From Bigelowiella natans CCMP2755 (taxonomy: Eukaryota; Protista; Cercozoa): 64,000 bases of DNA. Positions 1 through 12,986 of the stretch are shown piece after piece. Position 1 is the stretch's first letter. The number at the start of each line of letters is the position of its first letter. A model generated the notes under the pieces. That model ran no database searches. It was given only the letters and a program-made list of their open reading frames with translations, and had not been told where the DNA came from. The DNA is taken from the NCBI GenBank assembly GCA_000320545.1, contig ADNK01003301.1, forward strand, positions 1 to 64,000, read 5' to 3'. Made by a program: the position numbers and the translations under genes.

Positions 1-46
<46 letters not shown>

Positions 47-163
47 GGGGAGAGGTTACTATTTTTCGAATTCATTGTTAAGCCTCTGCTTTTCTTCCAC
101 GTTATAGCGCATGTGAGCCTCTTATTAACATCGCCATCGTCACTCCACTCACACACACAACAG

Positions 164-341
164 GAGAAGAAGATGAACGAAGGAGAGACGGCGTGGGAAC
201 GGCGTATGCGAGAGAGAAAGCAGGTGCTACATTTTGCGCGCGCGCACACATACAGACCATGCTTCAAGTGATGTTGGTAGTACGTGCAAACCATCGTATG
301 ATGAAGAGACGGTTTGGGAAATGAGCGGTATGAGCATTATT

Positions 342-382
<41 letters not shown>

Positions 383-579
383 GTTATATGTATATATCTG
401 AATCAATCACTAGAAGATAAACCCCGACGACTTTCACCCCCCCGCGCTACAGCTAACTTAAATTCAAGCTGTGTGTACCCGAGAGAGCGGAATAGGCTAT
501 AACAATCTATCTTTTTCGTTTCAATATCCATCATACACTGATCTTCTTGCATTGCATTATCATCACCTGATTGCTCTCC

Positions 580-617
<38 letters not shown>

Positions 618-1855
618 TCTCGCTACCTCCTCTTCCCCCCCCCCTCCCCCCCCCCCCAGAGGAAAGAGCAGAGGAAAAAGGCTGCTGCTGCGCGCGAGGG
701 GACTGGGGGAAAAGGGGGATACGATGACGACGGTAACAGTCTGATACTCAAGCCGTAGAGATGGGAGAGATAGGAAAGAAAAATACAACAAAATTACGCA
801 AGAATCTCTTGGGAAAGAGAATTGCTCATACGCCCCTGAAGGCGGCGTGTTTTTGTCAGTATCTTGCTTAGAGCCTACTATCGATAGAGCTCTGTGTACA
901 AATCATCTTCTGTTCTATTCCTTTCGCCTCCTCCTCCTCCCCCCCCCCCCCCTCCATCTTCCTCGCTGTGCGACGGCGGCGGCCCTAACTAACCGCATCA
1001 TCCTTTCCCACGTTTTGTATCCCTCCCCCCTCCTTGCTGGATAAAGGGTACGATGATGACGAAGAAGCGATCCAAGAGCATCTGCAGGTCACCAGAGAAA
1101 TGGCATCAGAGATGTTACAGCATCAATGGCGTTAGCTGCAGGGTGATGATGAAAGTACTGATGATTGTTGTTCTTATTGTTCTTTGGCGCTCGTCGTTGT
1201 AACTAGGGGGATCCGTTCTTTGCGGGATTCCTGTCCGAATCGAAGAATAAGGCGAGAAAGACGAAGAGGAGAGATGCGGAGGAGGAGGGAGAGGAGGAAG
1301 CTACTGCTGCTGCTGCTGTTGGTGGTGGCGGGGAAGATACGGATGATAAGATAAGGGCTACTGAGATGCAGAGGGAGAGGCAAAGAGCTGCAATGGAACT
1401 ACTCACGATGGACGAAGATGTCTGTGACCTCTCTCTCTCTCTCTCACTCTTTTCAACGCACACCACACACATGCATGTATGCGCATGACGACACACACAC
1501 ACACAAACGCATATACACAAAGTGCAAAGAGGGAAACAAAACCAAAAAGAAGGTATCACAGGACCAATGACGACGATGCAGTGATATTGACGAAGGAATG
1601 TGCATCCTGATAGGATGATGAGGCCAAGGGGTACTCACTCCGCGAGTTGGAGAGGGCCTTCGAGGAAGAACAGCAAAAGGGCGGGGGAGGAGGCAAGAAG
1701 CAGAAAAAGAAGAAGAAGAAGAAGAAAAAGAAGGGCAACAAGAGCGAGGGGGATGGTGATGGTGGCGACGATAGCTATGGCGGTGATGATGCTGCTGCTC
1801 TCATGAGGAGCAGAAAGGACGAGTTTGAGATGGACGTTCAAGACCCAAGATTTAA

Positions 1856-1888
<33 letters not shown>

Positions 1889-2143
1889 CCAATTGTCATC
1901 GTAATGCTAGTCGTTTATATAAACATATGAGACATATTTATATTGTTTAAATAATGATGGTGATGATGATTGTGAAGGTCGAAATGTAAAAAAGTATTTG
2001 ACGAAGAAGAAGAAGAGGAAGAGGAGGAGGAAGAGAGATATTGTCATCGATTTGTTTACGTTTTGTTTCGTCGCCTCCAGATCTGTACAACAACCCTCTA
2101 TTTGCCATCGACCCCACATCTCCACACTTCAAGAAGACGAAGG

Positions 2144-2193
<50 letters not shown>

Positions 2194-2343
2194 GTGTGTA
2201 CGTTTACTCTATTTCTTGTAAGATAATAATGACGATGATGATGATGATGATGACGATGACGACGATACTGATATTCTAAGCAGCCATGGCAGCTTCGCTC
2301 GACGATTGATTGCGTGCGTGTGCGTGTACGTGTACGTGTACGT

Positions 2344-2388
<45 letters not shown>

Positions 2389-3014
2389 GACGATTTTGAT
2401 GGGATTTATCGGTCATCAATGCCAGGTACGCAGCAGCTCATTGAAGAGCGTAGAAAACGTTTCATCCAAAAGTCCACACAAGATACTGCACAGGCCAACA
2501 AAGCAGCGAAGCAATCCGAAAGCAGCAAGGACAATGCTGAGAAGACAGTGACGAAGAAGAATAAGAAGAAATCGTTGCGTGACCCTGCACTGCTCTCCAT
2601 TATCGGCCGTGTGAAGGTGATATTATGGTGCGTGTGGTTGTAGGGAGGAGCTCAGAAAGTAACACGAGAGGAGATATGCTGGGAAGGGGGGTTGAGTAAT
2701 TCGTGTTTTCTTTGCAAGTGCGAGGGAGGTGCCATATGGATAAACTATCGACACGTGTACTACTACTACCGCGTCTGATTGTTGTTGGTGTTCCATTCAA
2801 ATTGCTAGGCATCAGCAGCAAGAGCGCGAAAAAAGGAGGAGATCAGAGAGACCAAGAATAATAATAAGAAGAAGATGAAGAAGAAGAAGACGAAGGACGG
2901 TGTGGGAGCTAGTAATAGCGGTAGCAGTAGTCATCATGACCCCGACGGAGAGGCGCAACAGCTAGCAAACAGCTCTGCGAAGAAGATGAAAGGGAAGACG
3001 GCGGCCTCAAAGAA

Positions 3015-3045
<31 letters not shown>

Positions 3046-3063
3046 AAATCCCTAAATGAATGA
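164..3063 (+). CDS. ESF1: Pre-rRNA processing protein ESF1, 3' part (5' end lies before the window), multi-exon
   Basis: Spliced pieces give ETAWERRMRERK, AAMELLTMDED, FEMDVQDPRFK|DLYNNPLFAIDPTSPHFKKTKG (NUC153-type motif), LRDPALLSIIGRVK and a Lys-rich tail ending at TGA 3063. GT-AG introns are microsatellite-filled. Confidence 0.85.
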
Positions 3064-3504
3064 TGCATGATGAGAGGTTGGATTGCAGCATGCTGTTGCA
3101 ATGAACACGGTGTACATCGATGTACATCCAGCATCTATTTAAGAATGTATTCTGCTGCTTGATTGTTTGTGTTTGTGAGTATGTAGTACTGGTCTATGCA
3201 TATAGTAATACACGCGCAAGCAGAAGCATCAATCGGCTCGGCTGCCGTGCGATGGTGGGTGCTTCATAGCAGCACTTGCATTTACTGAGCTAAGTATACA
3301 ACCAAAGTGGACTTCTGGTAGTGTATACAGCACGATTGCTTCCTCTAACACTAGGGTAATGAACGATATGAGACAATTGCATTGCAATGAATGTTTGAAT
3401 TCTTTCAACGGGCCATCCAAGCGCAGCTTCAACGATACAGCCAACTGAATTAACAAGACCATCGCCGACTTTTGCAAAAAGATTAACACGTGACATATTT
3501 TACA

Positions 3505-3578
3505 GCATTGCAAAGCTACATTGCATAAGGATGGCAATTGAAAAAAACCAATATGTATTCATATTACATTCGTCTCAT
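3505..3578 (+). repeat. Copy of ~60-65 bp dispersed element
   Basis: Matches approximate consensus GCTTTACATAGCTACATTAGGATGACCATTGAAAAA-TTTAA-CATTCCATTACATCCGTCTCAT built from the copies in this window. Confidence 0.75.
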
Positions 3579-3893
3579 ATGTGACATAAGCGGCTATAGC
3601 ATGCGCTGGCGGGCGCAGGCTGACTACATGCAGCGCTTACGATGCAAGTATACATGGTGTAAACCATTGAATATTAGCAAGGTGCACGCTATATGGTAGC
3701 CTGATATACATACATCGTAAAAATGCTGCCTATACGTGCTCAGAATTTTCGTAACCAAGGTGGTGGCCAGCTAGTTGTCATAGCATCGGAGATAATACTG
3801 CGGACAGTAGGCATTGCATTTTGTATTTTTTGCTGTTAATCCTATTCCCATTGGATCACAACTCATCGCTATGCTAGTTATCATTCCGATCGA

Positions 3894-5288
3894 TCATCCG
3901 CCAAATCCTTTCTTCTTGCTGCCTGCTGGTCCGCTTTTCTTCCTCCTTGTGTCGCCACCACCACCATCCTTTTTCCTCCTCCGTCCCCCGCGGATCAACG
4001 AATTGTCGTCTACGTCGTTGTTTAGATGTGCCCTTCTTCTTTGTTCCACCTGATAGGCAGTAGAGCGCGGGCGCCAGTTAACAGGTTGTGTGTCCCCCCC
4101 CCCCGCCTTCTCTTCGGTCTTCGGGGCCTCTTCCGCTGAGGAAGTAGGCAACTTACCGATTGCATCCTTGAATGCGGAAGTGAGTCCCCACGAAACCCAT
4201 ATTTGCATGACCCATTTTGTGTCATCGGCATCCTCGGCTTGATGAATAGAGCGAGGGTCGGAGAGGCCATCAGATGTGGACGGAAAGAAAACAAGCGCCT
4301 TTCCCTTCTCAGGCCGACTAGCTATACCTAGTCTCTCAAATGACGTCCGTCCGGCCGAGGCGACCTCATTCAAATACACTAATATCGTCGCTCGTCGCTG
4401 GAAGCGATTCATCCTTGCCATCTCGACCGGAAATCCGTCCTCATGAAGGAGAAAATGCTGGCCTTTCTCATAACGAGCTACCTGCAGCTGCTCGAAGACG
4501 AATTTTCCTGGTGGAGGCAGCTTCCCGGGAGAGGACCATTCAGCATCAGGCAGAAGAGCAGAAGCCTTTTCGTGAATCATATCCGTTATATCCCTCAGTT
4601 TGGGGTGAAGGGTCATCAGCGTTTCATCGATAATGAGAGATGAGCTTGTTCGGCGCTGCTGCGACACGTCGGCCGAGCCTCCATCACCGAAGTAGTTGCC
4701 GCCGACAGGCGAAATCTTAAGCCTTCCTGTTTCTTCAGCAGCTTCGATTAGATTGTCACAGTCTTCGGGAGAGAAAAAGTTATCAACCGTAAGAACGGGT
4801 GGTTCCAAATTAAGCAGTCGCACGCCTTGGTGATGATCGATATCAACCTTCACGTAATCGGAGCTTAGCACCTTGATGACAGCGTCTCGGGCTTCATCGG
4901 TCATATCAGCGATGAGTTCTCCCTGAGGTTTGCATGGTTTGATGGATCTCAAAATGGGAAGCTGGTCGTCGGTTGTAGCGCTGCATCGTGATGTCATCAT
5001 CATCATCGTTGCAGGCCTCCTGCGTGGAGGTCTACTGCCCTGGTGTAGCTGGAAGATGCCTCCTCCCGTCTTGCTTACGGCTATCATGGAACCCACGCTG
5101 GCAGAGCGAATTTTGTGAGTGAAAAGAGGGCAGTAGTCTTGGAAATGGAAAATTGCGACTATTGCAATTGACAGAACGAGCAGAGGGGGGGTGGCAAGCA
5201 AGCGGCACATTCGGAATCGTCGAAGAAGTACGATGTTGGCCTTCTCCTCTCCGCCAATCGTCCGCTGCTGCCGAACCAGTCCGTACAT
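3894..5288 (-). CDS. Prolyl 4-hydroxylase-like 2OG-Fe(II) oxygenase, intronless, with probable bipartite plastid leader
   Basis: PPVLTVDNFFSPEDC, RTSSS, QVARYEKGQHFLLHEDGF (HxD), RRATILVYLN, PEKGKALVFF, SIHQA (distal His), KWVMQIW. Hydrophobic LLVLSIAIVAIFHF is followed by a Ser/Arg-rich segment. Confidence 0.85.
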   Translation of the reverse strand: MYGLVRQQRTIGGEEKANIVLLRRFRMCRLLATPPLLVLSIAIVAIFHFQDYCPLFTHKIRSASVGSMIAVSKTGGGIFQLHQGSRPPRRRPATMMMMTSRCSATTDDQLPILRSIKPCKPQGELIADMTDEARDAVIKVLSSDYVKVDIDHHQGVRLLNLEPPVLTVDNFFSPEDCDNLIEAAEETGRLKISPVGGNYFGDGGSADVSQQRRTSSSLIIDETLMTLHPKLRDITDMIHEKASALLPDAEWSSPGKLPPPGKFVFEQLQVARYEKGQHFLLHEDGFPVEMARMNRFQRRATILVYLNEVASAGRTSFERLGIASRPEKGKALVFFPSTSDGLSDPRSIHQAEDADDTKWVMQIWVSWGLTSAFKDAIGKLPTSSAEEAPKTEEKAGGGDTQPVNWRPRSTAYQVEQRRRAHLNNDVDDNSLIRGGRRRKKDGGGGDTRRKKSGPAGSKKKGFGG

Positions 5289-5840
5289 ATCCGATTACTT
5301 TGTATTCCTTTAGGTACCTGTATCTCACGGATCGATCTCAGCAGATGTGCCCGCAGCGAGGGGGGGGCGGTCCCTTCATCATACTCTCCTCTCCTCCAAT
5401 TGAAACACAGTCGATTCCAGGAGAAAGAAACCAACCGGCAAATTTATAGACTATGCGCATTTTACCTTGTCGCAGACCTAAGAAGGATATAAAAAACGGA
5501 AACATAGGCGGGAAAACCGGCGTTCCGAACCGCTTCAGCACCCCTTTCCCATCCGGCCGAAATCGGCCTGCGCTTCGATGGGAGGCCACCCTCCCACGCC
5601 CCACGCCTTTTTTCGAAAGTGGCCGAAATTCACTTGAAATCGAGGTTTTTGTTAAGTCGCAGTTCATAATTGTAGGAGATTTTCCAATTTTCTCAGCACT
5701 TTTCGACCACAAAGGTCTGAACCATCCAGCCCCCTCCTCAGGTGTGCGTGCTGGTCGTTCCTTCCACCCCTCGCTGCTCCCCCCCTCGAATACAGCTTTC
5801 CAAAAAGATATAGAGTCCGACTATAGTTTCCATCCTTCCG

Positions 5841-6271
5841 ATGAGTGGATCTGTGGCGACGAAGCTCTTCCGGCAGATTCGGTCGAAAGCCCGCGAAATC
5901 GATAGGCTTCTCATGCAAGTGGACACCCACTTCCCAGCCAAGGAATGCTCCTCACAGATGCTTTTCAACGAGAGCCTCAAACGATGGCTGAGAGCACCGA
6001 AGAAGCCGGCTACATCGCAACCATCGAGTGGGGAGGATCTTGATGCAGTGCTCAGCATGCCTGTTTCCGACAGTGTGAGGGAGCTCATCGGTGATGAAGG
6101 CGAGAGCAAGGAAATGGACCTCTCCCTTGGCTTCGAGATGATAAGGGAAATGTCAAGACATCTTACTGGGCTTCAAATAGTAATCAAATCACCTGCAAAG
6201 CGCGACCTCATATCTAAGCTGTGATGGTTTTTCTGAGTGCTGTATGCGTAATGTACATTAAATGAAAAAAT

Positions 6272-6310
<39 letters not shown>

Positions 6311-7798
6311 CTAATCATTGCACATATATCCCCTTCAACCCAAAAGGTGCTGGAGTGGTGCGAGCTGGTCAAGCAAAGCCTCAGCGCGGACAACATAACC
6401 GACCACGACATCGTCGGCATCGAGAGGGTAACTACTACTATTACTACTACCACTACTATTACTACGACGCCTCTTTCTTTCAATGCTGCACGGAAACAAC
6501 CTAGCATCACCAATTTAATTACGTTGCATTCGTGCGTACTTGTGATATATAATATTCCTCCACAGGGGGCAATGCTTGTCGACCGGGTGTCGCTCCTTCT
6601 CGATGAGGATGAAGGAAACAGCGAGCTGGACTTTCCCGAAGATGTCACTGCAGAGAACCAGCCGCTTTTCGGACCTGAATATCAAACTGAAGGTAGGCAG
6701 GTGGCCGGCCGGTGGGGGGAGGAGGGGGAGATGAATAAGACCAATCAGGAAGAACAATCGAATAGACTACTTTGCGGCTGGGGAACTCTGCGACGACGAT
6801 TGACAACCCATGACTGCGAGAGAAGAAAGAGAGTTGTATTCAATGCTGCTCTGATTTTTTTAAAAATGTATTTTATTAAAAAAAGGCCTGCATCCATACG
6901 ACCGGGCTACGATAGATGAGTTGGATGATATTGCGGACGAGGTTAAGACGAGGATCAGAAACAGGTTCACTATGGCGACCGCCCATCCCTTTATCCATGT
7001 CCACAGCGCACAAAGCAAAGCAAACACCCTGATGGAGGAGCGTATAATTTGTGCCGATTTTATTTAGTACCGACTTTGTCGTCAAATTTTGGTCAATTCG
7101 CTCTCACCACCACCCTCATCAGCACGTGCAGCACTTTTCGAAAATCAAAACGACGATGATGAAAAACAGGCCGACGAGAGAATTTGGACACGTATTATTT
7201 GACGATTGCTGGTGTATTGTTGTAATTTGTTGTTTCGAGCAGGAAAGAGGAAGGGGGTCACGAGCCTTCTCAAGTTGAGGTTTTGCACGAGGTAACAATC
7301 AAAATAGTTCTGTCCTCTCCTCGTCATTTCGTGTGTGTGTACATGCAATATGTGTATTCATTTGTGTGCTTCTCCCTCTCTCTCGCTCTTTCTCTCTATG
7401 TGCGTGCGTGCGTGCATGCATGCATGTTTGTGTGGAGAAAGCGTTGATATTTTAATGAGTAGTGGATATGTTCCCATATAAATAAGGTCAATTCAGTCCT
7501 TTTCGACCAAATCGGTTTCTTTGGCGCACCCTCCCCTGAATGGTGAGTAGCAAACAGAGAATTCTCTCTCCCATGTACTAAATTAGAATACAAATTGGAG
7601 AGAGGAAAGGAGCACCGAGCAGCACTTCTTGTACAAAAGTAGAGATATAAACACACATGTGCTGTGGTTCTTGTCGTCGTCGTCGTCGTCGTCATCGTCG
7701 TCACCAGGTTTGATAGCTCTCGCAACCAGCTGCGAGGCGTATTAAAGGCAAGGTATGGTGTGATCGATCGCTGTCGTAGTAGTAGTAGTAGTAGTAGT

Positions 7799-7834
<36 letters not shown>

Positions 7835-8018
7835 CTGCTCTACAAATGATGCACATGCACAGCAGCAGGCTGCTTATTATTTCCCCACCGACTGGCCTCT
7901 TTCTTTCCTTCTTTATTCTCTCCCCTCCCTCTCCCTCCGTCATACCACTCCTTCTTTATTCTCTCTTCTTCTCATACTCGCACCTTGCTCCTCTTCTCAT
8001 CACCCCCACCCCCCCCCG

Positions 8019-8063
<45 letters not shown>

Positions 8064-8152
8064 ACAATAGACGAGGATCTCCAATTCCTCTCTGCATCCT
8101 CCATGCTGCCGTTTCAACACGTGTTGGGTAATAGCTGCAACAACGAAAACGA

Positions 8153-8185
<33 letters not shown>

Positions 8186-8977
8186 CGACGACGACGATAA
8201 TGATGATGATGACGAAGGGAAGGAAAAATGCCTATGTTTCTGAGGACAGCAGCACCTCAAAAAAACAATCGCACAAGAGCACCTAAAGGGCACCGATCGC
8301 CTCTGTCTCTAGGACGTGTCGCATACGCAGAACAAAATTCATCGAAGCAACTTCGACAACGACTCGCGCACACGCAAAGTACAAATTTGCACACACACAC
8401 ACACACACACACGCACTTCTTCCGCACTGCTGTTTTCCCTTCTTCTGTTGATGCAGACTAAACGTCCGAGGCGTGAGGATTCCTTCTTACTTCTTGCTAC
8501 GAGTCGCATTTGGTGATGTTGCCGATGAAGCATCAGCAGATGGTGAAAGCGGAGGCCTGAGGTAGTGTATTAATACAATATAAACCATGCACGACGCCCA
8601 AATAACAACAGTTAGTTGTTGCGTGTGTGGGTACCTACCTTCCCTGAGCTTCTTTACTCCTCCATTCGGTGAAAAGGGGAGGATTTCATCATAATCCACC
8701 ATCATCATTATCATCATCATCATCATCGTTATCATCATCCACACATACGTGACATTTCACCCGATAATAAAGCAGCTCCTTGGCAGTATTTTGCTTCGTC
8801 TTTCGTTTCTCTTCTTCTGCTTCATTCAGCTTCGTCACTTATTGTTGTTGTTATTGTTGTTGTTGTTGTTGTTGTTGTTGTCGCTGTTTCTGCCCCTCCC
8901 TCCACCCATAGGATCGACCAGAAAGCCAACAGCGTTGATATTGGTGGGTGGCAATCACCAATCAGAATATAAATATA

Positions 8978-9031
<54 letters not shown>

Positions 9032-9462
9032 TTCTCGTCGTTCTGTTCTGATGAACCGATGGTACGCCTCCCATCAGGAACACGCGAGGATATACGCAAG
9101 AGCGCTGAGATTGAAGTTTATTGGAATGGGGACGACAAGTGGTAGCTCGTAGTACTCATAGTCGTAGTCGTTTTTCTAAGCTCAGTAAGGCAGTTTTTGT
9201 GCTTTTGGTTCCGTTTGCGTGCCATCCTGTGCCCTCATCCATCCGTCTTTTTAACCAGCACCACCAACTCTTGATGTATGTATTGACTCTTTTGTTGCTT
9301 TCGCCGTTATTTTGCAGGTACCCTGCGGAGGTCGATTCTATCGAAGGGGACGTTATCACAGTCAACTATTGGTTGTAGCATAACAGTCTTATCAATTTTA
9401 TTCTGACCCCTCCCCCCCTCCTTTTATAGCTTCTCGCCGACCCCATTCCTATGCATGTATGT

Positions 9463-9499
<37 letters not shown>

Positions 9500-9650
9500 A
9501 ATGTTTGAGGGGCTGCTGCTACAAGTGTGTATGGATGATGATGATGATGATGATGATGATGCGTGTTGGGGGTAGGGATAACGACAATCGGCACCGACGG
9601 CTGCTGATGGAAAATATGAATAAGGTTTCTGCTGTGTATAAATACTGAGT

Positions 9651-9694
<44 letters not shown>

Positions 9695-10122
9695 CCTATT
9701 TCGAAAGTATGCAGTTGAGCGCAAGAGATGCAAGCACACGACTTTCTTTCCATATTTGTCTTCGCCGTCGTTGACATATCGCTTGATTGTCGTTTGCTGA
9801 CTACTCCTAAACTTGATATTCATCAAATTGTTAAATATCCTTTGCATCGATTTTTCCAGCTTCCCGATCTTCATAAGGACACGCTCGTTTTTCGTCTCCT
9901 CGTGGACCGTGCATGTACACACACACAGCAGATGATACGCATATACAACTACATCAAAAATGCAGCATAAGACCCCCTCTCTAATGGCACCATGAGAAAG
10001 TCTTCTGGTGAAATGAGAACAAAAAGACAACTGATTTTTTAGCTTTGCTCCATCAATGCTAGCGATGATCAGTTATTGAGTTTCAGTGAGGAGATAAACT
10101 TGTAGTTGAGAACATGCATGCA

Positions 10123-10153
<31 letters not shown>

Positions 10154-10250
10154 TTTACTACTGTTGCACTCATTCAGCCGATGTTCGAGAGCTGGCAGTG
10201 GGGCGGCGCGTCGAGGTGTTCTGGGCGCAGGATAACACGTGGTACACAGG

Positions 10251-10281
<31 letters not shown>

Positions 10282-11011
10282 TCTCGCTTTTATCTTGTCA
10301 CAATAATCAGGAGAGTGTTGAGTTTGGGGGTGAACATTGAAGGGGAGACAAGGGGGGGGGGGTTGGAGAGACGTAAGAGGGAAATACTAGCTCAACGAAG
10401 ATGAAGAAGTTCATTTTGGCATCCGTTCACGTCCCACCCACCCCCCCCCCCCCCTCCCCTTCGATCCTAGGGACTGTAAAGTGGGTCGACACTGCCAACG
10501 GAAACGTGCACGTGAGGTATGAACGAAAGTAGCACTAAAGAAGATATTGTTGCCTTATTACCACGCTCTTCCTGCGAGCGGTAGTGGTTAAGATGGTGAT
10601 GATAATGATGATAATGATGATAATGATGATGATGATTGTGATGATAATGACGACGATGATGATGATGCTGAAGAAGAGGAAAGGGAGGCGGAAAGGAGGG
10701 AATAGAACCAACCGCAACCGTGCGATTTGTGCGAGTTTAGACCGTCATCTTTGCCATGAAAGATAAAGCGAAGTATAATCCAATCCCATGCCTCTTTGTC
10801 TTTTCTTCTTCTCCTTCCCACGATAAAAATCGTCTCTCCTTCCCACGTTTGCCCTCATCAATCAGATACGATGACGGCGATGAAAGAAACACGGTGCTGC
10901 AGCAGCTACGAGAGTAGAAGAAGTGTTGAGTAAATGTTGAGTAAATATCATCGATACGAGAGTAGAAGAAGTGTTGAGTAAATGTTGAGTAAATATCATC
11001 GATACATGATG

Positions 11012-11048
<37 letters not shown>

Positions 11049-11293
11049 ATATATATGTACATGAATATCATGTATATACATATTATAGAACACACTTTGT
11101 TGCAAGCATATGCTTACTATTTTGTCATCTATTGTTTGCACTCCCCCTCCCTCTCCTTCCACCTTTTCTCCTCCTCCTGCTGCTGCTTCTGCTTTGGATG
11201 CTGCACATCTGTTATTTAGACATTGTCCATTGGCCTCTTCGGCGCCCCCCCTGCACGGCACCTCCGTGAGGATGAGAACAAGGCTTCTCCGCC

Positions 11294-11337
<44 letters not shown>

Positions 11338-11822
11338 AGAGAGAGAGAGGACTAGAGAGAGAGAGAGAGAGGACTAGAGAGAGGGAGAGAGAAAGAGAGC
11401 AGCATTGTCGTCGTTTACGTTTTAATGACTTATCGTATCGTCGTCTCGGTCGTGGCGGGGTGTGCTTTCGTTGTGCTTAAGTGTTCTTATTCGGTGCATG
11501 TACATATGAGAAGGATGAGAAGAAATGAGGGGGGGAAGGGGAAAGGGGGATGAGAAAGGACTGTGGTGTGTGCTCCTCCATGCTTTCACATGATGAGAAC
11601 TAGGGCAAAGGCGTCATCAGCGTTTGTCTTTTGTTCTTCTGTATGATGCAAGGACGACGGGGGAGCTGAGAGGAGTGCCAATGCGGAAGAGGGGAAAAAC
11701 CTCGTATTTCGCCTGTTTGATAGGCCTTTCAGCGACGAGTCAGGTGGGTGCTATTAGGCGATGGTTTTTGATTACAAAACATCGGCTGCTTTTAGTACTG
11801 TTGATTACTGATGGTCCTCCTC

Positions 11823-11855
<33 letters not shown>

Positions 11856-12233
11856 CTTTTCTTCTTCTTCTTCTTCTTCTTCTTCTTCTTCTTTCTCGCC
11901 TTGTGTGGCTTTAGATGCTACGAGCTGTTTCGTGGACCCTCATAAGAGCGGCAAGGTGTGTGCTCAGATGCAAGGGGGGGGTGGGGGGGGTTAGGGTTTG
12001 GGGGGGACTGCTTCCGGAGGGGGGGGGGTTCTAAATTTTTGACGATGTGGTTACGATTTGATCCCTACGTGCCAGAGCCGGTTATTGAGTCGTCGTGGTT
12101 TGTGTGTCGTTCATCATCTCTTCTAATGTCGATGCAGGTCTTTTGCCACGCTGAAATGTCGTCGCTTTTGCGCGAGAATGGTATCCAGTCATCCAAGTTT
12201 AGGGTAAGATCTATAAATACGCACATGCACATA

Positions 12234-12310
<77 letters not shown>

Positions 12311-12986
12311 ATACTATCGTATGTCACCCTTCCCCTGATCTGTGTTGTCCTCGCGTGTGGATTTGTACGTGTGTTTGTTCGTGGATGATCGATCAGTCCC
12401 ACCTCTCTCCGGTGCAAAACCCTGCTGTGTGGGTGAGTATGCTGAAGCACATGGTAATAGTAGTTGTAGTACTATTACTACTATCTTTTGCTAGCTGCTA
12501 GTAGTAGTATCCTTCTATTTTACACTCTGTTCGAATGCACCGCCCCCCCTGTCCCGCCTTTAACCCCCTCACGTAAATGTCTTCTTCTTCTTCTTCTTCT
12601 TCTTCTTCTTCTTCTTCCCCTTTCTGGTGCGTAGCTGAGAATGGCTGGGGCGACTGAGCGGCAGGAGCATAAGAACATGTGGAGCAACCAGCTCGTAGAT
12701 CTGAAGAAACTCGAACAGTAGTATATGCTGATATTTTCATATCTCTTTAACAATCACACGACAAGTCCACGTGCATCTTCCCTTTCGTTTGCTGAGAAAT
12801 CGGAACCCCCGTCGTCATCTCAGGTATTCTCCAACATCGTGGGCGCCGCCCCCTGTTCCATCCGCTGTGGCCGCACCCACTGCAGTTGCTGCTGCTGCTA
12901 CTGCAGAAACGCCGTCAGATGAAACAGAGCCCTCAGCAGCGAATGAGGGAGATGAAGGAAAAGGGGGGAATGAAGGCAGGCCTTGA
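5841..12986 (+). CDS. Transglutaminase-like (Transglut_core2; SirB1/FBXO21-type) protein with two inserted Tudor-like domains, 24 exons, ~628 aa
   Basis: Hand-built phase-consistent GT-AG exons: 5841-6179, 6347-6427, 6566-6692, 6886-6964, 7243-7291, 7487-7542, 7708-7752, 8071-8127, 8457-8561, 8912-8943, 9078-9141, 9318-9371, 9576-9624, 9860-9908, 10178-10249, 10471-10516, 10866-10893, 11220-11294, 11653-11743, 11915-11955, 12138-12203, 12397-12432, 12635-12717, 12824-12986 (1887 nt). Translation includes ELDDIADEVKTRI, EVNSVLFDQIGFFGAPSPEWFDSSRNQLRGVLKARRGSPIPLCILHAAVSTRVGLNVRGVRIPSYFLLRV, FVDPHKSGK and HLSPVQNPAVWLRM. Confidence 0.8.
10908..11005 (+). repeat. Intronic tandem duplication, 2 x 48 bp
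   Basis: acgagagtagaagaagtgttgagtaaatgttgagtaaatatcatcgat occurs twice, head to tail. Confidence 0.9.

Noticed and set aside
314-2551. Many short ORFs with CVCV, THTH, LSLS, YIYI or ERER runs throughout the window
   Set aside because: Translations of intronic microsatellites.
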